Assembly (NCBI GenBank): GCA_045592165.1 | Contig: JAZNUG010000109.1 | Location: 1-46,498 of the forward strand | Length of the DNA stretch: 46,498 nucleotides | DNA from: Clostridia bacterium | GTDB lineage: Bacteria; Bacillota; Clostridia; Christensenellales; CAG-138 | Direction of reading: 5' to 3' | Shown: positions 1 through 9,151 of the stretch, piece after piece | Layout: each line of letters begins with the position of its first letter | Position numbering within the stretch: the stretch's first letter is position 1 | Translations under genes and position numbers: made by a program | Notes under the pieces: model-generated | What the model saw: the letters and a program-made list of their open reading frames with translations, nothing else | Databases searched by the model: none | Told to the model about the DNA's origin: nothing

Positions 1-239
1 AGGCGTATTTGTTCTTCTGTCAGCACGGGGTAGGGTTCCATTGGGCGAATGATTGACTTTAGCGCAACCTTACCGTCATAGCTGTCGCTTACGCCCAGCA
101 CAAAGCCCTCTATTGCTTTATTGCCCGCGCCAAATGGGACCAGCACCCGCTGGCCCACTGCGATATTATCCTCCGCCCGATACGTGAACAGCCTGTCCAC
201 GCTGCTGTGAGCTATGTCAACTATCACCTGCGCAAACAA
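1..239 (-). CDS. priA: Primosomal protein N' (PriA), N-terminal fragment; the gene continues past the left edge
   Basis: Absent from the ORF track because it runs off the window. Manual minus-strand translation from TTG (239-237) gives LFAQVIVDIAHSSVDRLFTYRAEDNIAVGQRVLVPFGAGNKAIEGFVLGV..., a typical PriA N-terminus. Its position after coaBC fits the conserved gmk-rpoZ-coaBC-priA order. The start codon is uncertain (TTG, with AGGGAG about 12 nt upstream). Confidence 0.7.
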   Translation of the reverse strand, partial: MFAQVIVDIAHSSVDRLFTYRAEDNIAVGQRVLVPFGAGNKAIEGFVLGVSDSYDGKVALKSIIRPMEPYPVLTEEQIR

Positions 240-265
240 TTTACAAATACGCTCCCTGTGTTTAC

Positions 266-299
266 AATAAAAAACTTGGGAGAAGCCTGAACCTCTCCC
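266..299 (-). terminator. Terminator-like hairpin between coaBC and priA
   Basis: GGGAGA (278-283) pairs with TCTCCC (294-299) around a 10-nt loop. On the minus strand it is followed by AAGTTTTTTATT. Confidence 0.5.
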
Positions 300-307
300 T
301 GTAAATG

Positions 308-1483
308 CTATTTCATAAGCCGATCCAGCAGCCAATCTGCCGCATCCCGCTTTGTCAGCTTTCCGCTATGTTCTTCAGAGCCGTCCGCTCCGTAGAGGGT
401 AATTATGTTTGTATCCACGCCAAAACCTGCACCCTCAGCGGTAACGTCGTTTGCGGCAATAAAATCGAGATTTTTTGCGCTGAGTTTTTTCAGAGCATTC
501 TGCTGAAGGTTTTGTGTTTCTGCAGCAAAGCCCATTACCTTGCGGCTGCCCTTATTGGGAGCAATGGTCTTGAGTATATCCCTTGTGGAAGTAAGCTCGA
601 GAGTCATGCCCGCACCCTGCTTTTTAATTTTTTCTGAAGCGGTGGTTACAGGGGTAAAGTCTGCAGGGGCCGCCGCCATAATCAGCATATCGCAGCACTC
701 AAACTGCTCAATTACCGTATCGCAAAGCTCTCCGGAGGAGACGATGTCGATTTTCTTTACGCCTTCGGGAGTTTTCAGATTCACGGGACCGCTTATAAGG
801 GTAACCTCGGCGCCCCGCTCTGCGGCAGCTTCAGCAATTGCATAGCCCATCTTGCCGGAAGAGTGGTTAGTAATGTAGCGCACTGGGTCAATTGCCTCAC
901 GGGTAGGACCAGCGGTAACAAGTACCTTCATACCCTCCATATCGCGGCGGACATTGAGTCGGGTTATTACTGCGTCGATTATATCCTGTACATCTGCCAG
1001 CTTGCCAACGCCCTCGTCCCCACAGGCAAGGTGTCCAACAGCGGGGTCGATAAATTCACATCCCCGTTCTTTGAGCACATCCATGTTTTGCTGAACAGCA
1101 GGGTTAAGATACATATTGGAATTCATGGCAGGAGCAATAAGCACAGGGGCTTTTGTTGCCATTACAGTGGTAGTCAGCATATCGTCTGCAATGCCGGATG
1201 CCATTTTGCCAATAAAATTGGCAGTGGCCGGAGCGATAAGAAACAGATCCGCCAGCTTTGCAAGGGAGATATGCTCCACCTCCCATGGATTTTCTCGATT
1301 GAACATATCAACCACCACGGGATTGTTGCTCATGGTTTCAAGAGCGAGAGGAGTGATTATCTCGGCGCCTGCCTTAGTAAGAATAACGCGCACATCAACG
1401 CCCTTCTTACGAAGGCCGCTGATAATATCGCACGCCTTATAGGCCGCAATGGATCCCGTTACTCCCATCACTACATGTTTCAT
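308..1483 (-). CDS. coaBC: Bifunctional phosphopantothenoylcysteine decarboxylase / phosphopantothenate-cysteine ligase
   Basis: 391-aa ORF. It has the flavoprotein N-terminus MGVTGSIAAYKA and a CoaB-type C-terminal half. The ATG overlaps the rpoZ stop (TAATG). Confidence 0.95.
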   Translation of the reverse strand: MKHVVMGVTGSIAAYKACDIISGLRKKGVDVRVILTKAGAEIITPLALETMSNNPVVVDMFNRENPWEVEHISLAKLADLFLIAPATANFIGKMASGIADDMLTTTVMATKAPVLIAPAMNSNMYLNPAVQQNMDVLKERGCEFIDPAVGHLACGDEGVGKLADVQDIIDAVITRLNVRRDMEGMKVLVTAGPTREAIDPVRYITNHSSGKMGYAIAEAAAERGAEVTLISGPVNLKTPEGVKKIDIVSSGELCDTVIEQFECCDMLIMAAAPADFTPVTTASEKIKKQGAGMTLELTSTRDILKTIAPNKGSRKVMGFAAETQNLQQNALKKLSAKNLDFIAANDVTAEGAGFGVDTNIITLYGADGSEEHSGKLTKRDAADWLLDRLMK

Positions 1484-1683
1484 TATTTTGCTTGCTCCTC
1501 AGGCAGAAAAACTTCCAGCTTATCGTTGAAAAGCTCATCAACGGCGGTGGAAACGGGCTTGCGGTCATCCAGCTTTTCGGGATCTTCCATCAGCTGGCGG
1601 GCGCGCTTTGCAACAGCGGTAACCAGCATATAGCGGCAGCCTACTTTATCCTGCAATTCGGTAAGAGGAGGATAGTTCATCAT
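1483..1683 (-). CDS. rpoZ: DNA-directed RNA polymerase omega subunit
   Basis: 66 aa, sequence ...LVTAVAKRARQL..., sitting between gmk and coaBC as is typical in Firmicutes. Confidence 0.9.
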   Translation of the reverse strand: MMNYPPLTELQDKVGCRYMLVTAVAKRARQLMEDPEKLDDRKPVSTAVDELFNDKLEVFLPEEQAK

Positions 1684-1686
1684 GGT

Positions 1687-2301
1687 TTATATTTCTCCTT
1701 TAAGTTGGTTAATAAGTTCAGTGTTATTTGCAACGCGGCTGTGCTCGGAAGAAATTATGCTCTGCACCTGGCCTACCGCCTTGTCAAGGTTATCATTTAC
1801 CACGATATAATCATACTGCTCCGCAAGGGCAATCTCACGGATTGCCTCGCCGAAACGCCTTGCAACGGACTCGGGAGTTTCAGTGCCGCGGCCCACAAGA
1901 CGGTTGCGAAGAGTATCCATATCCGGAGGTGCAATGAATATCATAACTGCATCGGGACACTTTTCCTTTACACGAAGAGCGCCCTTTACATCGATCTCCA
2001 GTATAACGTCATAACCCTCGCTGCGCTGCTCTTCAACATAGCTCTTGGGTGTGCCGTAATGATTCTTGCCGAATACGCACATGTATTCCAGGAATTCATC
2101 CGCTTCTACCATCCGCATAAACTCTTCCTCAGTGCGGAAGAAATAGCTCACGCCTTCGGTTTCGCCGGGACGGGGCTGGCGGGTGGTAACGGATACGGAC
2201 ATTTTAATATTGTCCCGCTCGGACATAAGCTTGGAACATATGGTGCCCTTGCCTACGCCTGAGGGGCCGGATATTACAAGAAGCTGGCCTTTACTGGTCA
2301 T
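1687..2301 (-). CDS. gmk: Guanylate kinase
   Basis: 204 aa with P-loop GPSGVGKGT and guanylate kinase motifs. GGAGG lies upstream of the ATG. Confidence 0.95.
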   Translation of the reverse strand: MTSKGQLLVISGPSGVGKGTICSKLMSERDNIKMSVSVTTRQPRPGETEGVSYFFRTEEEFMRMVEADEFLEYMCVFGKNHYGTPKSYVEEQRSEGYDVILEIDVKGALRVKEKCPDAVMIFIAPPDMDTLRNRLVGRGTETPESVARRFGEAIREIALAEQYDYIVVNDNLDKAVGQVQSIISSEHSRVANNTELINQLKGEI

Positions 2302-2317
2302 ATGTAAAACCTCCGAT

Positions 2318-2572
2318 TTATTCTGAATCGCTGTCTGCCATCACTCGGGACGCAACCGTCTCGGACTGAAGGGCGGAAAGTACTATATGCATGCTGTCCA
2401 TCACTATAACGGCTCTGGTGCGTCTGCCATGGGTGGCATCCACCAGCCTGCCCTTTTCACGAGCCTCCTGCACCATACGCTTTGCAGGCGCACTGTCCGG
2501 AGAAATGATGGATACTATCCTTGTGGATGACACGATATTGCCAAAACCGACATTTACCAGCCTAACTGACAT
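2318..2572 (-). CDS. remA: RemA/DUF370 family biofilm-matrix regulator
   Basis: 84 aa, sequence [53 protein letters not shown]. This matches the highly conserved RemA/YlzA pattern and sits upstream of gmk. Confidence 0.9.
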   Translation of the reverse strand: MSVRLVNVGFGNIVSSTRIVSIISPDSAPAKRMVQEAREKGRLVDATHGRRTRAVIVMDSMHIVLSALQSETVASRVMADSDSE

Positions 2573-2583
2573 ATTAACGCCTC

Positions 2584-3462
2584 TTATTCTATATTCTGAA
2601 CCTGTTCGCGTATCTTTTCAATTTCGCCCTTACCGGATATGACAAGGTTTACTATCTCGCCGTCATTTGCCTTGGAGCCGATGGTATTGAATTCGCGGTT
2701 CATCTCCTGAACGATAAAGTCCAGCTTGCGGCCTGCAGGCTCTGTACCGTCCAGCATGGCCTTAAACTGAGTAACATGGCTGCCCAGACGGACTATTTCT
2801 TCATCTATGCCGGCCTTATCTGCAAAGAGGGCGACTTCGGTTGCAAGACGGGCCTTGTCCACATCAACTGCACCAAGAAGCTTTTCAATGCGCTCATTGA
2901 GCTTGATACGGTATTCTTCAACTACCTGGGGCGCTCTTTCCGCTATGCTTGCGGCAAGGGATTCAACTGCGGCGCATTTGCCGTACAGATCCTCATAAAG
3001 CTTTGCACCTTCTCTGGCACGCATTGCCTTAAGTTCCTGACATGCTGCTTTGCATGCTTCTCCTGCAAGACGGCAAACCTCTTCCCTGTCCTCATCCGCT
3101 TCGACAATCTCGGTAACATCAGGCAGACGAAGGGCAGAACTGAGACCAATGTCATCGCGCAAGCCGAAAGCACCCGCAGCTTCGCGGGCAGCGGTAAGAT
3201 ATTCGCCAAGCAGGTTCATATCCACGCTTACCTTGCGGGCATCGTCACGGTTATTGCGATAGAATACGAAAACATCCACGTGTCCGCGGCTAAGCTCTGC
3301 AGAAATTACGCCGCGGAGGGTATCCTCGATAAAATTGACCGCACGGGGCATCCTGAAGCCTATGTCAAGATACCTGTGATTTACGCTCTTTAATTCAACG
3401 GTTATTTCACGGCCTTCATGCTCCAGCGCATAGCGGCCGAATCCTGTCATGCTGTTTACCAA
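2584..3462 (-). CDS. YicC/YloC family stress-induced protein
   Basis: 292 aa, SMTGFGR N-terminus, conserved C-terminal EEIxRLxSH...[13 protein letters not shown]. The TTG start has a well-spaced GGAGG; the ATG four codons downstream has no SD. Confidence 0.9.
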   Translation of the reverse strand: MVNSMTGFGRYALEHEGREITVELKSVNHRYLDIGFRMPRAVNFIEDTLRGVISAELSRGHVDVFVFYRNNRDDARKVSVDMNLLGEYLTAAREAAGAFGLRDDIGLSSALRLPDVTEIVEADEDREEVCRLAGEACKAACQELKAMRAREGAKLYEDLYGKCAAVESLAASIAERAPQVVEEYRIKLNERIEKLLGAVDVDKARLATEVALFADKAGIDEEIVRLGSHVTQFKAMLDGTEPAGRKLDFIVQEMNREFNTIGSKANDGEIVNLVISGKGEIEKIREQVQNIE

Positions 3463-3549
3463 AGTGAACCTCCACAGTGCTTTTCCAATTTAATAATTAT
3501 ATCATATTTCGCCGTTTTTTTACAATATAAACGGCGCTTTTACGGCCAT

Positions 3550-4512
3550 CTAAAACATGCGGTATAGCTCGTCCGCCTCGGGTGGAAGTATCTCCTCTCC
3601 CTTGTCTGTGCGTATTCCGTTTCCGCCAGCCCTGCCTATAACGGCCGCGGGTATACCTATCTCTGCAAGGCCTTTTACCATGGCCTCACCATCGGGGCAG
3701 GCCACCAGCATGCTTCCGCTGGAAAGCAAACGGAATCTGTCAAGGCCGCAATTCTCGCATACCTTAAGGGTTATGGGATGGAAGGGCACCTTATCCGGCC
3801 ATATTTCCATGCCGCAGCCGGAAGCCTCTGCCATTTCCCATGCGGCGCCGTATACGCCGCCCTCTGTGATATCATGCATGGCGGTTGCTCCGTTATCTGC
3901 GCAGAACAGGCCTTCCTTTACCACGCTGACCATGCTCATAAAGCCCCTTGCTTCTTCAAGCTCTGCCTGGGAAAGGGCGGTTTTATCAGGGAAGTCCGAT
4001 GCTATTACGGCCGTACCCTCAATACCGCCGCCTTTGGTCATAATAATATAATCCCCATCCTTCATGCCGTTAGGGGCGATTATACCGTTCTTGCCGGCTC
4101 TTGCTATGACCGTAGCGCAGGTAATCATACGGTTAACCGTTGCGGTAACTTCGGTGTGGCCGCCGATTATCTCGATATTTGCAAGGCGGGCCGCCTCTGC
4201 AAGCTCATCGGCTACCCTGTCTATATCCTCTTCCGTACAGCTGGGAGGAATAAGCAATGTTACCAGAATACCTATGGGTTCTGCACCTGCCGCAGCAGCA
4301 TCGTTGCAGCTTACATGCACAGTAAGGCTGCCGAGATTCTTATCGGCAGAAGTTATTGGATCAGTGGACAGCACTGCTATCCTTCCGCCCAGATCCACCG
4401 CCGCACAGTCCACACCCACATGGGGGGAGCAGACAACTTCTTCGCGGGTGTGGGAAAATTTGGAAAGTATCAGGCTCTCCAGCTGTTGGTTTGTCAGTTT
4501 TCCCTGTCGCAT
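3550..4512 (-). CDS. AIR synthase-related (PurM/HypE/ThiL-fold) protein of unknown specific function
   Basis: 320 aa with DCAAVDLGG...STDPIT and GGHT motifs typical of the AIRS fold. Its ATG lies 3 nt after the ligA stop. Confidence 0.8.
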   Translation of the reverse strand: MRQGKLTNQQLESLILSKFSHTREEVVCSPHVGVDCAAVDLGGRIAVLSTDPITSADKNLGSLTVHVSCNDAAAAGAEPIGILVTLLIPPSCTEEDIDRVADELAEAARLANIEIIGGHTEVTATVNRMITCATVIARAGKNGIIAPNGMKDGDYIIMTKGGGIEGTAVIASDFPDKTALSQAELEEARGFMSMVSVVKEGLFCADNGATAMHDITEGGVYGAAWEMAEASGCGMEIWPDKVPFHPITLKVCENCGLDRFRLLSSGSMLVACPDGEAMVKGLAEIGIPAAVIGRAGGNGIRTDKGEEILPPEADELYRMF

Positions 4513-4515
4513 CTT

Positions 4516-6483
4516 CTATCGCTGTTCTCCGATCAGTTGGAAAAATTCTTCTTCGCTGAGCACCGGTATGCCCAGTTCTTTTGCTTTTGTCAGCTTGCTG
4601 CCGGCGTTTTCTCCCGCCAACACATAGCCGGTCTTTTTACTTACGCTGCCTGCAGCCTTGCCGCCAAGCCGTTCTATCATGGCCTCTGCCTCCCGTCTGT
4701 CCAGGGTGGGCAATGTGCCGGTAACCACTATTGTTTTGCCTGTTATGGGGCTCTGCTGCTGCACTTCCTCCGGCCTTGGCGATACACCGTGGGCAAGCAG
4801 CCTGTCCACCTGCGCGGAAATGGAGCTATCCCCAAAGAAGGCAATTATGCTCTCCGCCACAACTTCTCCCACATCCTGCACTGCCATCAGTTCCTCTGCT
4901 GCGGCATTGCGTATGGCATCCATGCTGCCAAAGTGCCTTGCAAGGTCTCTGGCGGTTTTGGAGCCCACGTTCGGTATACCTATGGCAAACACAAAGGCGC
5001 CCAGTGAGCAATCCTTGCTTTTTTCTATGGCATCCATAAGATTGCCTATCTTTTTTTCTTTAAAGCCAGGAAGCTTTGCAAAGTCTTCGGCAGACATATC
5101 ATAAAGGTCGGGTATGCTCTTGAGCTGCATCTCTTCCACAAGAAGAGCCGCTGTCTTTTCGGAAAAAGTATCTATATCCATAGCATCCCTCGATGCGTAA
5201 TGGGCAAGACGGCCCGCAATCTGGGGAGCACAGGAAAGTGAATTTGTACAGAAAATATGAGCTCCTCGCTGTTCAACGTGGGCTCCGCAGGCAGGGCATA
5301 CCATTGGCTTCTCCGCCTGTCTATCAGGCACGTCGTCTTCCACGGCCGCAAGTATCTCAGGAATAACGTCATTACTGCGGCGTATGAATACACGGGAGCC
5401 GATGCCAACCTTTTTGCGCTGAATATCATCCCAGTTGTTAAGGGTCGCATGGCGGATAGTTGCCCCTGCAAGCTCCACGGCATCAAGATGTGCTCTCGGG
5501 GTAAGCTTGCCTGTACGGCCAACCTCCCAGGTTATATCCCGCACGACAGTTGTAGTTTCCTCGGCGGCAAATTTAAATGCTATTGCCCAGCGGGGGAATC
5601 TGTCTGTCGCTCCCAAGGCACGGCGGACGTCAAAATCCCGCACTTTGATTACCATGCCGTCAATGAGAAAATCCAATTCAGATCTATGTTTCTCCGCCTT
5701 TTCTATCTCGTCGCATATGTCTTCAATGCTATCGTGAAGCTTCAGGTATTCGTTTACGGTAAAGCCGTTTTCCCTGAGGAAGGCGATCATTTCGTCCTGA
5801 TTATTAAGCTCCTTGCCCTCAATATAGCCCACATTGTAGCAATAGCAATCCAGCCTGCGTTTTGCGGTTACCCTTGGATCAAGATTCCTCAAAGCGCCTG
5901 CTGCTGCATTTCTGGCGTTCTTCAGCTTTTCGTCTGAGACGGCGTTTATCTCTTCCAGTACAGACAGCTTCATGTAACATTCGCCCTGTACTTCCATCCT
6001 GCCCTTGAAGGGTATAGTAAGGGGAACTGTACGGATGGTCTTTATCTGGGGAGTTATATCTTCGCCTACCACGCCATTTCCGCGGGTTGCACCTTTGGTG
6101 AGTTTACCTTCTTCATAGGTAAGATTAACCGTAAGGCCGTCAAACTTATACTCAAGGGCGTATTTTACAGGAGGCAGACCTTGGTTCTGTGCCATGCGCT
6201 GAACTTTATGCCCCCACTCAATAAGGTCCTCACGGGTACGCACCTTATCAAGGCTCCAGAGCCGCTGTATATGGGTATGCTCTTCAAACCAGGGCAGAGG
6301 ATCTCCCCCCACCCTTTGGGTGGGAGAATCCGGCAATACGATGCCGGTCTGCTGTTCCAGTTCCAGCAGGCTGTCAAACAGCTCGTCGTATTCCTTATCG
6401 CTTATCTTGGGGGCATCCATGACGTAATAAGCCTTGGAATACTCATTCAGCCTGTCCACAAGCTCCCTTATACGCTGCTCCAT
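4516..6483 (-). CDS. ligA: NAD-dependent DNA ligase
   Basis: Has the adenylation motif KFDG, the four-cysteine Zn finger (CPACG...CTNSLSC), HhH and a C-terminal BRCT domain. I moved the start to ATG 6483 (MEQRIRELV), which has GGAGGA upstream. The track start at 6519 would overlap pcrA. Confidence 0.95.
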   Translation of the reverse strand: MEQRIRELVDRLNEYSKAYYVMDAPKISDKEYDELFDSLLELEQQTGIVLPDSPTQRVGGDPLPWFEEHTHIQRLWSLDKVRTREDLIEWGHKVQRMAQNQGLPPVKYALEYKFDGLTVNLTYEEGKLTKGATRGNGVVGEDITPQIKTIRTVPLTIPFKGRMEVQGECYMKLSVLEEINAVSDEKLKNARNAAAGALRNLDPRVTAKRRLDCYCYNVGYIEGKELNNQDEMIAFLRENGFTVNEYLKLHDSIEDICDEIEKAEKHRSELDFLIDGMVIKVRDFDVRRALGATDRFPRWAIAFKFAAEETTTVVRDITWEVGRTGKLTPRAHLDAVELAGATIRHATLNNWDDIQRKKVGIGSRVFIRRSNDVIPEILAAVEDDVPDRQAEKPMVCPACGAHVEQRGAHIFCTNSLSCAPQIAGRLAHYASRDAMDIDTFSEKTAALLVEEMQLKSIPDLYDMSAEDFAKLPGFKEKKIGNLMDAIEKSKDCSLGAFVFAIGIPNVGSKTARDLARHFGSMDAIRNAAAEELMAVQDVGEVVAESIIAFFGDSSISAQVDRLLAHGVSPRPEEVQQQSPITGKTIVVTGTLPTLDRREAEAMIERLGGKAAGSVSKKTGYVLAGENAGSKLTKAKELGIPVLSEEEFFQLIGEQR

Positions 6484-6508
6484 TCGATTCCTCCGATTAA
6501 AATGTAAA

Positions 6509-8770
6509 CTATTCCTCAACGGGCTTTATGGGTGCATACGCGGCAGCAAACCGCTTTACCCCTGCCCCGCCGAAATCTATGGACACAAGCATTGAGCTGC
6601 CTGCGCCGGATACATCCATTATTGTACCCTCGCCAAACTTTTCATGAATGACGCGCTGATGTTTTTCAAATGATTTTGCCACAGGTGCCGCGGGCTTGGG
6701 CGCTGCAGGCGCGGATACTCTGCCCAGCACATGGCTGTCCACCTGATAGCGATTGCCTGAGGTGCTGCCGCCGTAGGAATGACCGACGGAAGAATATCCT
6801 CCGCTCCTTGTGCCGAAGGAAGAAGTCTGAAGTTCCTGTCTGCGTTCGGGATTTGCAGACTGAGTAAGCTCTGTGGGGATTTCATCTATAAAGCGGGAAC
6901 GGCGGTTGTAGGATTCGCTGCCGAATATACTGCGCTGCTTTGCGTTTATCATATATAGCCTGCGCTTTGCTCGGGTCATGCCAACATAGCACAGCCTGCG
7001 CTCCTCTTCCATTGCTCCGGTGGACATATCGTTCTTCGCTCTGGAGGTTGGAAATACGTTTTCCTCCATGCCGATCATGAATACCACAGGGAATTCAAGG
7101 CCCTTGGCGCTATGCAGAGTCATAAGAGCCACTGCACCGTTTTCCTCATTCATGGCATCTATATCCGCAACCAGAGCCACATTTTCGAGGAACACCTTAA
7201 GCGCATCCTCGCCATCCGGCAGATCCTTCTCAATTTCCTTGATATTGCCGATAAGCTCCCTCAGGTTGTCCATGCGGGACTCCACATCGCCCTTTTTGTC
7301 TTCGGCTTTAAGGTGGTTTTCGTATTCGAGAGACTCAATAAGTTCCCATGTAAATTCGGACAGGGGCATTGTACGGCTCAGTGCCATATATTCTGCCATG
7401 CTGATTCCAAAGGGCTGTATCTTTTTGGCCGCCCGCGGATCCATATCCTCAAGGCAGGCTATGGATGCCATAAGCATGGATGTATTGTTCTTTTCAGCAG
7501 CGCGGGCAAGTTCGTTTACAGAGGCATCGCCAATACTGCGCTTTGGTACGTTTATAATTCGCCTGAGGGAAACATCGTCATAGGGATTATACATAAGACG
7601 CAGATACGCCATTATGTCCTTAATCTCCTTGCGCTCATAGAAACGCTGGCCGCCATACACCCTATTGGGTATACCGTAATTCATAAGGGTGGTTTCAGGC
7701 ACGCGGCTCTGGGCATTCATGCGGTAAAGTATGGCAAAATCGCCATAGCTCATACCTTCCCGCACTCCTTCCATTACCTTGCGGCAGATGAAATGAGCCT
7801 CGTCCCGCTCAGTTTCGGCGGCGTATATTTCTATCTTTTCGCCATCGCCGTTATCGGTCCAGAGTTTTTTCTGCTTGCGGTCAATATTGTTGTCTATTAC
7901 AGCATTTGCGCCGTTGAGTATGTTCGAAGTGGAACGGTAGTTCTGCTCAAGGCGAATTACCTTTGCCCCGGGAAAGTCCTTCTCAAATTCCAGAATGTTG
8001 CGTATATCCGCACCGCGCCAGCCGTATATGCTCTGATCATCATCACCTACAACGCAGATGTTGCGATGCTCACGGCATATGAGCTCAATCATCCTGTACT
8101 GGAGAGAGTTGGTATCCTGATATTCATCCACCAGCACATAGCTGAACTTTCTGCGGTATTTATCCAGCACATCCGGACAGCTTTCCAGAAGCTGAATCGT
8201 CATGCACAGCAGGTCGTCAAAATCCAGCGCATTGCATTCCTTGAGGGCGCGCTGGTATTCCCTGAATACCCTTATCACCGCCTCATCCAGGTAAGGATTA
8301 TCCATCAGATACTGTTCGGGATTGAGGGATTTATTCTTTGCATCGCTTATGCGCTCTTTGATATCCCTCTTGGACATATCCTTATCGCTGATACCGATGC
8401 GCTTGAGGATATTGCCGATAAGGGACATCTGATCGTCATCGTCGTATATAAGGAAATTGCTTTCCCTGCCCAGCCTTGTAATATCCATCCTCAGCATACG
8501 GGCGCAGCAGGAATGGAATGTGGTCACCCACATATCCTGAGCATCGCAGCCAATCAGCGCCTCGGTACGCTCACGCATCTCACGGGCGGCCTTATTTGTA
8601 AAAGTGAGAGCGAGTATGCTCCAGGGAGCAGCGCCATGCTCAACAAGATTTGCTATTCTGTAAGTAAGAGCACGAGTCTTACCGGAGCCTGCGCCGGCAA
8701 GTATAAGAAGAGGCCCGTTCAGCGTTTCCACCGCCTGCCTCTGAGGTGCGTTAAGGGTTGAAAGATCCAT
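6509..8770 (-). CDS. pcrA: ATP-dependent DNA helicase PcrA/UvrD
   Basis: Walker A AGAGSGKT, DEYQDT, and UvrD-type motifs throughout, with a C-terminal Tudor-like tail. The start is probably ATG 8770 (MDLSTLNAPQ), with GGAGA 7 nt upstream. The track TTG at 8788 has no SD. Confidence 0.93.
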   Translation of the reverse strand: MDLSTLNAPQRQAVETLNGPLLILAGAGSGKTRALTYRIANLVEHGAAPWSILALTFTNKAAREMRERTEALIGCDAQDMWVTTFHSCCARMLRMDITRLGRESNFLIYDDDDQMSLIGNILKRIGISDKDMSKRDIKERISDAKNKSLNPEQYLMDNPYLDEAVIRVFREYQRALKECNALDFDDLLCMTIQLLESCPDVLDKYRRKFSYVLVDEYQDTNSLQYRMIELICREHRNICVVGDDDQSIYGWRGADIRNILEFEKDFPGAKVIRLEQNYRSTSNILNGANAVIDNNIDRKQKKLWTDNGDGEKIEIYAAETERDEAHFICRKVMEGVREGMSYGDFAILYRMNAQSRVPETTLMNYGIPNRVYGGQRFYERKEIKDIMAYLRLMYNPYDDVSLRRIINVPKRSIGDASVNELARAAEKNNTSMLMASIACLEDMDPRAAKKIQPFGISMAEYMALSRTMPLSEFTWELIESLEYENHLKAEDKKGDVESRMDNLRELIGNIKEIEKDLPDGEDALKVFLENVALVADIDAMNEENGAVALMTLHSAKGLEFPVVFMIGMEENVFPTSRAKNDMSTGAMEEERRLCYVGMTRAKRRLYMINAKQRSIFGSESYNRRSRFIDEIPTELTQSANPERRQELQTSSFGTRSGGYSSVGHSYGGSTSGNRYQVDSHVLGRVSAPAAPKPAAPVAKSFEKHQRVIHEKFGEGTIMDVSGAGSSMLVSIDFGGAGVKRFAAAYAPIKPVEE

Positions 8771-8839
8771 TTGTTTTATCTCCGACAAACTTCTTCAGTG
8801 CATAATTTTACATATATATTTTACCACATTCCATAAGCA

Positions 8840-8870
8840 ATAAAAAGACCATCCTTTCGGATGGCCTTTT
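8840..8870. terminator. Bidirectional-looking intrinsic terminator ending the pheST operon
   Basis: CCATCC (8849-8854) pairs with GGATGG (8859-8864) around a 4-nt loop. It is flanked by an A-run and a T-run, so the minus strand reads hairpin then TCTTTTTATT. Confidence 0.8.
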
Positions 8871-8881
8871 ATTTAATTTGT

Positions 8882-9139
8882 TTAGTAATTTACCAGCGCC
8901 AGCAGCTGTATGCAGCCTGCAACAAGATTGAGCGCCGCGGCAATGTACAGAAATGGTACGAGGCCGCGCTTTGCTTCGCCCGCATCCTTCAGGCTCAGGG
9001 CAAACAGCAGCAATGCTGCACCGAGGCACAGAGGGGACATGCCCTTTATGCCCTTGCCGAAGCCAAATTCCATTACGGTATTAACCAAAGACATCAGGGC
9101 AAATACTATCCCGAAAAAGGATGTACGGTTATACTGCAT
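8882..9139 (-). CDS. Small hydrophobic membrane protein (about 3 TM segments), uncharacterised
   Basis: 85 aa. GGAGGAG is correctly spaced before the ATG, which begins 12 nt after the pheT stop. A terminator follows. No recognisable motif. Confidence 0.6.
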   Translation of the reverse strand: MQYNRTSFFGIVFALMSLVNTVMEFGFGKGIKGMSPLCLGAALLLFALSLKDAGEAKRGLVPFLYIAAALNLVAGCIQLLALVNY

Positions 9140-9151
9140 ATTTCTCCTCCT

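Noticed and set aside
4516-8770. The helicase plus ligase pair as a possible defence or mobile module
   Set aside because: pcrA-ligA is a widely conserved housekeeping pair in Firmicutes. Both proteins have full canonical motifs, and no nuclease or mobile genes are nearby.
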